A stretch of 64,000 nucleotides of DNA from Olivibacter sp. (GTDB lineage: Bacteria > Bacteroidota > Bacteroidia > Sphingobacteriales > Sphingobacteriaceae), in the NCBI GenBank assembly GCA_048595275.1, contig JBMDWN010000024.1, forward strand, positions 1,125 through 65,124, read 5' to 3'. Both the position numbers and the translations under genes were made by a program. This document shows, in pieces, positions 8,996-16,551 of the stretch. Under the pieces are notes generated by a model, which searched no databases, was not told the DNA's origin, and saw only the letters and a list, made by a program, of their open reading frames with translations. Positions within the stretch are counted from its first letter, which is position 1. Every line of letters starts with the position of its first letter.

Positions 8996-10428
8996 CGCTT
9001 CCTTAAAAACATCCTGCCTGACCATTCTAAAAGCAAATCATCCCTCCAGACCAAAGCCTGAATTAAAGAATACGCGATTACTGAAAAAAGTGTCGTCGCC
9101 ATGAAAAAACCAATAGAGCTATCAAAATAACTCCTATTAAGAATTGCTATAGCGTAAAAAGGTACACAAGCCAAAACAGCTTTAAGCAGAAGACTCCATT
9201 TGGGATTAAAATTGAATTTCTTCAGACCATAAACTACCAGCAAGCACATTACAATCAGTTCTACGAGTAAATTAGCCACAGCAGCCCCCACCTGAGCAAG
9301 GGATGGAATTAACGCAAGGTTCAACACCAGGCTCAGGCACATACCGACTAAAGCGGATCGAAAAAACAACTTTTCATTACCTGTAGGATTCAGTATCTGC
9401 ATTCCGAATACATAACTGATGCCGACAAAAAGAATGGTTGGTGATAAAAGCTGTAATACAGTCACGGTAGGACCATAACGTTCGCCAGCGAACAGAAAAG
9501 TCAACGGCTCTGCCACAACTAATATTCCGGCAGCCATCGGTACGCCCAAAAGACAAACCGAATGAAAAGACTTTTGTAATAAGTACTTTACTCTTGTCTC
9601 CTCCTTATTCTTAAAAGCAAATGAAAGGGCCGGAATGAGTACTGCACTTAAGGCGCTCAATACCGTAATGAGAACCTTATTGATCTTAACGCCCGTGGCG
9701 TAAAACGCTACGGACTCATCTCCGGAAATAAAACCTAACATAACACCGTCAAGGAGGGTATAAACGCTGGTTATAATTCCGGTACTAAATATAAACAGCA
9801 TGGGCTTTATGTGTCGGATAAAGCCTTTCAGGCGTAACGCGATGTGTACGTATTTCCTCGCATATATCAAATTCACCAACGCACTCGTTATGACCGCCAT
9901 GCAGTTGATGCTATAAAAAACGTTAAGATCCGAAGATGAACGAACAAACAAAAAGATCAACACGATAGCCAAACTTCTGATCGCTATAGTCCTCAAGGCT
10001 AAAAAAGGAAAGGCCTCCATTCCTTGATAGAGCCATTCCACTACAAAAGTATTTCCGAAAATCAGAACCGTACCAACCCAAAAGAGTTGTCGATAGGGAA
10101 ACAATGATGGGATCAGCAAAAAGCTTGCTATATAGACGATTGATATTAGTAAGGACGTGATGAAATGAATTCCCAGTAATTCAGAAAACACAAGCTGTCT
10201 TCGTTCTGGGTTATTCTGATACTTAGCAATTTCACGCACACCATAGACCGGAATTCCCAATGCAGCTAAAAGTAAAAAATACTGCGTGTAACTATCAACA
10301 AAAGTTACGGCTCCCAAACCCTCAGGCTGAAGAATTCTGGAAATATATGGAAATGTGATTAAAGGAAAAACGACCTGACTACCTGCAAGTAAGAGGTTGT
10401 AAAATGCATTTTTTTTTAAACTAGCCAC
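8992..10428 (-). CDS. wzx: Wzx-type oligosaccharide flippase (MOP superfamily)
   Basis: 478 aa, about 12-14 TM helices, and an N-terminus KKNAFYNLLLAGSQVVFPLITFPYISRIL that is typical of polysaccharide-biosynthesis flippases. GTG start at 10428, with no in-frame ATG for about 135 codons. Confidence 0.85.
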   Translation of the reverse strand: MASLKKNAFYNLLLAGSQVVFPLITFPYISRILQPEGLGAVTFVDSYTQYFLLLAALGIPVYGVREIAKYQNNPERRQLVFSELLGIHFITSLLISIVYIASFLLIPSLFPYRQLFWVGTVLIFGNTFVVEWLYQGMEAFPFLALRTIAIRSLAIVLIFLFVRSSSDLNVFYSINCMAVITSALVNLIYARKYVHIALRLKGFIRHIKPMLFIFSTGIITSVYTLLDGVMLGFISGDESVAFYATGVKINKVLITVLSALSAVLIPALSFAFKNKEETRVKYLLQKSFHSVCLLGVPMAAGILVVAEPLTFLFAGERYGPTVTVLQLLSPTILFVGISYVFGMQILNPTGNEKLFFRSALVGMCLSLVLNLALIPSLAQVGAAVANLLVELIVMCLLVVYGLKKFNFNPKWSLLLKAVLACVPFYAIAILNRSYFDSSIGFFMATTLFSVIAYSLIQALVWRDDLLLEWSGRMFLRKR

Positions 10429-10514
10429 TCTTAACGTTTTATTCTGCCTAGTGTTCTCCTAATCCATTCAACTAGCGGAATAAAATCACTCAGCGCAGAA
10501 AAATTTGACCACAG

Positions 10515-10522
10515 CAAATATA
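10515..10522 (-). promoter_or_regulatory. Candidate Bacteroidota -7 box (TATATTTG) for the wzx operon
   Basis: The minus strand reads TATATTTG, a perfect match to the TAnnTTTG consensus, 87-94 nt upstream of the wzx GTG. I found no clear -33 TTG. Confidence 0.3.
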
Positions 10523-10641
10523 GTTTTTTAATGAAGACGAATAAAACGTACTTTTGTCCTGCCGTCTTTCACCTGTTGTTGAGACCCGAAATGTTCAATA
10601 CGCAATTTGCTGACCGATAAGCATCCTATATATTGGAAAAC

Positions 10642-12285
10642 ATGAACAATATCAGATCCCTCATATTCTTATTCACTTTTCTTTTTCTAAGCATCTTCGT
10701 ACCGGATTCCGTTGCACAATCCCTCTACCAACCCTACTCCTATCATTTCTATCAGAAACTTAACCCTGTTGTGTACAGCGCGGAAACCCGCCTGCATACG
10801 ACGGTTAAGCCATTCATTATTGATTCCGTTTCCCGACCATTGTATGACTCCCTGATGAACGTCGGGGTCAGAGATCGCCGTTCCTGGCTTGGGAGAAAAT
10901 TATTCAACGAGCACCTGATAGAGGTAGAAAAAGAGGACTTTACTTTCTACGGAGATTTTTTACCAGATTTTCAGATCGGCCGCTCTTTTCAGGAGGGGAG
11001 GTCGCCATGGGTAAATACACGCGGTTTTCAGTTTGGCGGTACTATCGGGGATAAATTTTCTTTTTACACCAGCGGATACGAAAACCAGGCCCTGTTTCCG
11101 GATTACATTCGGGACTATATTCAGGAATACCAGATCATACCAGGCCAGTTTGGAAGTCAATACGATCACCGTACCGGCGATAAGCAAGACTGGGCATACG
11201 TTTCCGCTATCTTATCCTACACGCCGGTCAAATACCTGAATGTCACGCTGGCTTACGACAAGCACTTTATCGGCGACGGTTATCGTTCCATGCTCCTCTC
11301 AGACTTTTCGTCCAACTATCCCGCGCTGAAGTTAACTGGTACGCTGGGGAACGTCCAATATACCAGTATGTGGGCTTATATGCTCGATCCGTTCGCTTCC
11401 AGAGACGTCAATTACCTCGAGTCTATCAATAATCGGCAAAACACGGGCGATCTGGGTAAATGGGGAGCCTTTCAATACCTGGATTGGAATGTCAACAATC
11501 GTCTTTCCCTGGGTTTTTTCCAATCGATCTTATGGGCACCCAGAAATGCAGCCGGCAACCGGGGCTTTGATCCCAGTTACGCTATACCGCTCATCTTCAC
11601 CAGACCGATCGAATCTGCCAACAGCAATTCGCCTGATAAGGTACACGTTGGACTTACCGGAAAATACAAGGTCTTGGATAACGTGACCACCTACGGTCAG
11701 TTTCTCCTGGGCGAACTATATGTGAGAGAGCTTTTTAGGGGCAACGGATATATAAACAATAAAAATTCTGCCCAGCTCGGGATAAGGGGCTTTAATACCT
11801 TTGGGGTAAAGTCGCTGAATTTTTTGTTTGAATACAACATGGCCAGGCCATACACCTATCAGCATTTCACACCGATTACGTCTTATACGAATTATAACCA
11901 GCCACTGGCCCATCCATACGGAGCAAATTTCCGTGAATTAGTGGGTTTAGTAAACTATTCCATAGGCAGATTCGACCTTTCCCTCCAGGGACTTTTTTCG
12001 AGAAAGGGTTTCGATCCTAGTCCGTTAAAGAATTATGGCGGCGATTTATTTAAGACCTATGAGAACTATGTACGTGACTATGGTAATTTCATTGGTCAGG
12101 GGGTAACAACAGATTTACATTATTACGATTTTCGTGCCGCCTATTTGCTAAACCCAAAATATAACCTCCGCTTCGAAGTCGGAAGTATAATACGGCAACA
12201 AACCAATATAGCAGGCACACATACGACTAATTTTCTAACATTCGGCTTAAGGTCTTCATTCCGGAACATTTATTCTGACTTCTAA
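10642..12285 (+). CDS. Predicted outer-membrane beta-barrel protein, capsule-assembly Wzi-like / RemB-like (tentative)
   Basis: Signal peptide (LIFLFTFLFLSIFVPDSVAQ). Sequence rich in Y, G, F and N with alternating patterns, and a terminal Phe (..NIYSDF). It is divergent from the polysaccharide operon. The ORF-track start at 10633 is TTG; the first ATG is at 10642. Confidence 0.55.
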   Translation: MNNIRSLIFLFTFLFLSIFVPDSVAQSLYQPYSYHFYQKLNPVVYSAETRLHTTVKPFIIDSVSRPLYDSLMNVGVRDRRSWLGRKLFNEHLIEVEKEDFTFYGDFLPDFQIGRSFQEGRSPWVNTRGFQFGGTIGDKFSFYTSGYENQALFPDYIRDYIQEYQIIPGQFGSQYDHRTGDKQDWAYVSAILSYTPVKYLNVTLAYDKHFIGDGYRSMLLSDFSSNYPALKLTGTLGNVQYTSMWAYMLDPFASRDVNYLESINNRQNTGDLGKWGAFQYLDWNVNNRLSLGFFQSILWAPRNAAGNRGFDPSYAIPLIFTRPIESANSNSPDKVHVGLTGKYKVLDNVTTYGQFLLGELYVRELFRGNGYINNKNSAQLGIRGFNTFGVKSLNFLFEYNMARPYTYQHFTPITSYTNYNQPLAHPYGANFRELVGLVNYSIGRFDLSLQGLFSRKGFDPSPLKNYGGDLFKTYENYVRDYGNFIGQGVTTDLHYYDFRAAYLLNPKYNLRFEVGSIIRQQTNIAGTHTTNFLTFGLRSSFRNIYSDF

Positions 12286-12448
12286 AATATTCCACTTCAT
12301 TTGAGCAGTTGGCCGAATTATTGTAGCATTCCGATGAGAATTTACGTTACGAGAATAGATTATTATTTATTATTGTTTCTTTAATTTTGACTTATAATAA
12401 CTATTCTGCTATTTTACAGAACGTAATTATCTGAACTAACGACATTTT

Positions 12449-13738
12449 ATGCAGATAACCATACTTCCCTTTTTATTAGCACTTGCGGCATCACTAATGG
12501 CCGTGCCCGCTATCATAAAGGTTGCTTACCATAAACGTCTTGTTGACGACCCGCGCATGGAGGAGCGAAAAATTCACCGCTTTTGCGTACCAAATCTGGG
12601 GGGGGTTGCCGTATTCAGCGTCTTCGCATTGATCAGCTCATTGTTTACCGACGGAAATAGCCTTCCGCATGGAAACTTCATTTTTGCCGCCGGAATCATC
12701 ATTTTTTCCATTGGTCTTAAAGATGATCTGGTAGCCTTGGATCCCTACAAAAAATTTCTCGCTCAGTTCATCACTGCTTTTATAGCTGTTTACTTCGCTG
12801 ATTTCCGGTTGACTAATTTTCAGGGAGTGTTTGATATTTACGAAATATCCCCCGTGTTGAGTTACTTATTCACGACCATCTCAATTGTTTTTATTATCAA
12901 CTCCTTTAACCTGATTGATGGAATAAATGGATTGCTTGGGGGCGTCAGCGTTCTGGTTTGCCTGGTTTACGGAGGTGTATTTTACCTGATGAACGAGTCC
13001 GGCTTATCTGTTTTAGCCTTTACCATGGCAGGATCTGTGCTTGGGTTCCTTCGCTATAATGCAGGCAGAGCCAGAATCTTTATGGGAGACGCCGGAGCTT
13101 ATTCCATCGGTTTTGTCATAGCGCTGCTATCCATTCGATTTATTGAGCTAAACCCTGTAGCTCTCCCTTTTTCAGGTACGGCTCCTTTTATCAAGTCCGC
13201 ACCAGCGATAGCAATAGCCATACTGGTTATTCCGACATACGACACGCTGAGGGTTTTCATCAAGCGAATCTCAAGTGGCAAATCACCCTTTTTCCCTGAC
13301 CGTAACCATCTTCATCACCGATTGCTGGCTATCGGATTCTCCCATTCAAAGGCGAGTCTGACGTTAGTTGGAGTAAACGTTCTGATTATTGCTTTAGCTG
13401 TTTCTTTGCAAGACATCGGTACGCCACAGCTGCTGATCGTTTTATTGTGTACCGTGCAATTCATTAACATTCTTTTATGGCTGTACGATGCACGAATGAA
13501 TTTGATCAATTCCAACAGAGCTCGGGTAGAGGCTACACTTGTAGAAAACATTAGTCCTGTCGAAGATGAAGATCCCTCTATAAAGCTGGACGACGCTAAA
13601 AATATCATCTCGGTTAAAGCCAATAAGCACATAGCTACCGATCAGGTAAACACCTCTGTCGTAACCGAGGGCGGGCGCAAAGTGCCGAAGAAGTTGGCTG
13701 ATGAGATTCTTCAGCGTTTGGAAGAGGATCGGAGTTAG
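12449..13738 (+). CDS. WecA/MraY-family polyprenyl-phosphate sugar-1-phosphate transferase (initiating enzyme) with a long hydrophilic C-terminal tail
   Basis: NSFNLIDGINGL and FMGDAGAYSIGF motifs, about 10 TM helices, and a charged tail of roughly 85 aa after the last TM helix. Confidence 0.85.
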   Translation: MQITILPFLLALAASLMAVPAIIKVAYHKRLVDDPRMEERKIHRFCVPNLGGVAVFSVFALISSLFTDGNSLPHGNFIFAAGIIIFSIGLKDDLVALDPYKKFLAQFITAFIAVYFADFRLTNFQGVFDIYEISPVLSYLFTTISIVFIINSFNLIDGINGLLGGVSVLVCLVYGGVFYLMNESGLSVLAFTMAGSVLGFLRYNAGRARIFMGDAGAYSIGFVIALLSIRFIELNPVALPFSGTAPFIKSAPAIAIAILVIPTYDTLRVFIKRISSGKSPFFPDRNHLHHRLLAIGFSHSKASLTLVGVNVLIIALAVSLQDIGTPQLLIVLLCTVQFINILLWLYDARMNLINSNRARVEATLVENISPVEDEDPSIKLDDAKNIISVKANKHIATDQVNTSVVTEGGRKVPKKLADEILQRLEEDRS

Positions 13739-13807
13739 CGAGATCGCCTGTCAACCCGGTTGCGATCGTTTTAAACGACCACAGCGAGTTAAATTATCTT
13801 AACCGGA

Positions 13808-14701
13808 TCATAGCAGAGGCCAATCTCCATCCGATTTCTTTGAGTCTTTAGCCGTCTTTTGCAAAAAGCTTTTAATATTCGACAGAGAACTTTTGATCCC
13901 GAATTCATGTCTTTCCCGCTTCGAAATCGGAGCCTCAAAATCGCTTTGCTGATTCCGCTTTAGCATTTCCTCCGAAGGTCGAAAAGCTTTAAGGATGATT
14001 CCCGGCATATATTTTTTGTCTTTAGTTTGAATATCCCGCTGCCCCCATGAACGGGCGAGAAACTGAATAGAGAAGAGGATGAAAACGATCCCCGCATCAT
14101 TTAGTTTACGTTTAGAAATCCAGTGTACTGGCTGCGGATTCGGATTCAGGATAAACTCAAAGTCTGTCATATCAATCACCTGCATCCAATTGGATAGGAG
14201 ATCGGCAGCAATCACGGTAATGCTTATTCTCACTTTGTAGGAAGCATCGTAAGGGCAACGCAGCTCATCGTCAGAATTAGTAATAGGAAGTATCAGTTCA
14301 ACTTCACCATCTTCATACAAGTGAAGCTCCGGCTCGACAAGCAGAATGTTTTCGATATTGGACTCCTTATTGAACGAAAAGTAGTTTAATCGGCTCGGGT
14401 CTGAATTTTGCAGGTGACGTTCGCCAATGTCCTCGTAAGAACTTTCCATACAACGCGCAATAGCAGCGGCAAATCGACCATTGAAGGATGGATCCAGGTA
14501 TTGCTGAAATGCCGCGAAGATCTGCTTTAATCTTCCGGCCTGGTGACTGGCTACGCCGTGTTCCAGTGCCTTAAGTTTCGTGTTTGCGGTTTGCTTAACT
14601 CTGCGAGGCTTGCCTTGTACAATTTGCTTCCCGTCTAATGTACGGTATACAACCTCACCAATTCTTCCATGCAGGGCACCATCGTTTCTTAATCTGGCCA
14701 T
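13808..14701 (-). CDS. Hypothetical protein (no domain recognised; the N-terminus is reminiscent of DUF6266-type Bacteroidota proteins)
   Basis: 297 aa from the ATG at 14701; the ORF-track start at 14710 is GTG. MARLRNDGALHGRIGEVVYRTLDGKQIVQGKPRRVKQT... No signal peptide or TM helix is evident. It is a stand-alone gene with its own upstream spacer. Confidence 0.6.
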   Translation of the reverse strand: MARLRNDGALHGRIGEVVYRTLDGKQIVQGKPRRVKQTANTKLKALEHGVASHQAGRLKQIFAAFQQYLDPSFNGRFAAAIARCMESSYEDIGERHLQNSDPSRLNYFSFNKESNIENILLVEPELHLYEDGEVELILPITNSDDELRCPYDASYKVRISITVIAADLLSNWMQVIDMTDFEFILNPNPQPVHWISKRKLNDAGIVFILFSIQFLARSWGQRDIQTKDKKYMPGIILKAFRPSEEMLKRNQQSDFEAPISKRERHEFGIKSSLSNIKSFLQKTAKDSKKSDGDWPLL

Positions 14702-14819
14702 AATTTTCACGTGTTTAGTTTATATATAATTAGGATTAATAGGTAACCAACTTAAAGATGTGAACTTATTAAAAGCTTTGTGCATCCACTCTGAATCCAT
14801 CGTTTTACCGTAAAAAGAC

Positions 14820-14863
14820 GGACTCACTATGGACTCAACATGGACTCACTATGGACTCACCCC
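14820..14863. repeat. Four tandem 11-bp direct repeats with core GGACTCA
   Basis: GGACTCActat GGACTCAacat GGACTCActat GGACTCAcccc. Cores are at 14820, 14831, 14842 and 14853, an exact 11-bp period. The array lies 120-160 bp upstream of the hypothetical gene start. Confidence 0.9.
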
Positions 14864-14873
14864 CTATTTGGTA

Positions 14874-14925
14874 TTGACTTGACTTCAATTTGATTAGATA
14901 TTATTCATAATAGATTAGCGATTAG
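14874..14925. repeat. Cluster of short direct repeats: TTGAC x2 (tandem) and GATTAG x3
   Basis: TTGACTTGACT at 14874-14884. GATTAG at 14892-14897, 14913-14918 and 14920-14925. Confidence 0.8.
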
Positions 14926-15004
14926 CCCCAAAATAGAGAATATTCCGTGAATCCGAAAATCAGAAGAAGGAAGCCGCTAATAAAAAGTGCCACTTCCCAC
15001 AAGA

Positions 15005-15060
15005 AACTCTTAAAAACAACAAAGGCATCCCGAGGGATGCCTTTGTTGTTTTTAAGAGTT
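15005..15060. terminator. Bidirectional rho-independent terminator; 56-nt perfect palindrome (27-bp stem, 2-nt centre)
   Basis: I checked pairing base by base from 15005-15031 against 15034-15060. The GC core GGCATCCC/GGGATGCC is flanked by an A tract and a T tract, so both orientations give a hairpin followed by a U run. It starts 10 nt after the SusD stop codon. Confidence 0.85.
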
Positions 15061-15070
15061 CTGAAGTCTT

Positions 15071-16540
15071 CTAGTTCACTCCCTGTCTGGTATCCCACCA
15101 CATTTGCTTACCCCAGAAATTGTCCTCTACTGAAGCTACGTATTCTCCGCTATTCGCCGAGTTGAGGTTTGTTTCAGAAGTTGGATAAGGATAGCGAAAT
15201 GGAGGACGATTATGCCCGGGATAAGGGCTACCTGGAGCTGCGTTCAACACGGGAACGTCCGTCCTTCTGGTCTCCGCCCAAGCCTCTTGCCCATTTTTAA
15301 ATAATGAAATCCATTTCTGCAGATATAATTGCTGGAGGGTTCCATTGTATGCACCAGCCCCTGTGGATAAATAGCCCTCTATTTCTGAAGTGGACAAGCC
15401 GTTTTCTTCCAAAGATAGCGTCAAGGCGTTATCATAAGCGGTTTTGGCATCGACACCGACATTCCAGCCTTTCAGAGCCGCCTCGGCCAGGATAAACTGA
15501 ACCTCTGATACTCTCATGAACGGAGAGAAACCGGTTACATCGTCCCTGAATCGGGCGCCTATCGGAGAATACCGACTTGCAGGTCCTGCAGCACTTTGCG
15601 CGGCGTTCGTTCTGCCAATTATAGAACCTCTGTAAGCACCATCCTGCGGTGCTGGTTTCGCATACACAGGTAAGCGGGGATCCGCCAGTGCTACAAGTTG
15701 ATCTATCATGACGTCACTCACCGAATAATCATTCCTGGCTTGTCCATCTTGAAACCAAGGCTCCCAGTAAGGTAAGTTACCAGGCCAGATAAAAAAGGCA
15801 TTGTCATCATTGCTTTCCATTATTGGGTAAGTGGAAACATCTGACATAATTTCCTCAATATGAGTCTTGGCCAAATCAGGAGCGACATTAGAAACACGGA
15901 TTGCCAGTCTAAGCCTCAATGAATTTGCGAAGCGTTGCCATTTCTGGACATCGCCACCAAAAAGCAAGTCACCACCGCCTAGCTCATCTGAGCCACCCTG
16001 AGCAAAAAGCTCGTTGGCATTTTTCAATCTTTCCAGTAATACCGGATAAACATCTTCTTGCGTATCGTACTCCGGAGAGATAAAACCCTCATCACCTTTC
16101 AATGCCATTTCGAAGGGCAGATCCCTCCACCTGTCGGTTGCAAATTGCCAAACGTAGGTTTGAAATGTCAGCGCTACCGCCTCCATATTCGTTGCATTCT
16201 CGGCGCGGGACTGTTGAATAATAACCTCCAGGTTTTTCAGTTCTCTGGATGCAAAAGTCCACATGTTTTCGACGATGTTGGGACGGAATTGATATCTTGA
16301 TTCGTCCAGGTAAGCAATTTTAGAAAGCTGACCTGAATATGTTGACGGCTCGTTCATATCGCCCCATGTATTGAATATGTTAGCAGCATGGTCTTGAATG
16401 GTAAAAGCAAGAATATTCGTCAACGGCGCATTTTCCGGCCGATTCGGGTTGCTATTAATTTCTTCGAAATTCTTCGTGCAGCCGAAACTTATCAGCATTA
16501 AAAGGGCTGCACTCGTTTTATATATGACGTTTGTTTTCAT
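15071..16540 (-). CDS. SusD/RagB-family nutrient-binding outer-membrane lipoprotein
   Basis: Lipobox LISFGC, mature N-terminus TKNFEEINSNPNRP, 489 aa, immediately downstream of a SusC-type gene. Confidence 0.9.
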   Translation of the reverse strand: MKTNVIYKTSAALLMLISFGCTKNFEEINSNPNRPENAPLTNILAFTIQDHAANIFNTWGDMNEPSTYSGQLSKIAYLDESRYQFRPNIVENMWTFASRELKNLEVIIQQSRAENATNMEAVALTFQTYVWQFATDRWRDLPFEMALKGDEGFISPEYDTQEDVYPVLLERLKNANELFAQGGSDELGGGDLLFGGDVQKWQRFANSLRLRLAIRVSNVAPDLAKTHIEEIMSDVSTYPIMESNDDNAFFIWPGNLPYWEPWFQDGQARNDYSVSDVMIDQLVALADPRLPVYAKPAPQDGAYRGSIIGRTNAAQSAAGPASRYSPIGARFRDDVTGFSPFMRVSEVQFILAEAALKGWNVGVDAKTAYDNALTLSLEENGLSTSEIEGYLSTGAGAYNGTLQQLYLQKWISLFKNGQEAWAETRRTDVPVLNAAPGSPYPGHNRPPFRYPYPTSETNLNSANSGEYVASVEDNFWGKQMWWDTRQGVN

Positions 16541-16551
16541 TATAATAATCT

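Noticed and set aside
13742-13772. GATCGC/GCGATC 6-bp stem with a 14-nt loop followed by GTTTT, considered as a terminator for the WecA-like gene.
   Set aside because: The stem is too short, the loop too large and the T run too weak to call with confidence.
14820-14863. The GGACTCA array considered as a CRISPR array, or as coding for a 17-aa peptide (ATG at 14829).
   Set aside because: The units are 11 bp with no spacers, far too short for CRISPR. The peptide ORF has no supporting signal and is simply the repeat read in frame.
14947-15165. 72-aa plus-strand ORF (GTG start) spanning the palindromic terminator and the 3' end of susD.
   Set aside because: It runs through a terminator hairpin and overlaps susD antisense. 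Its composition is basic and low-complexity. I consider it spurious.
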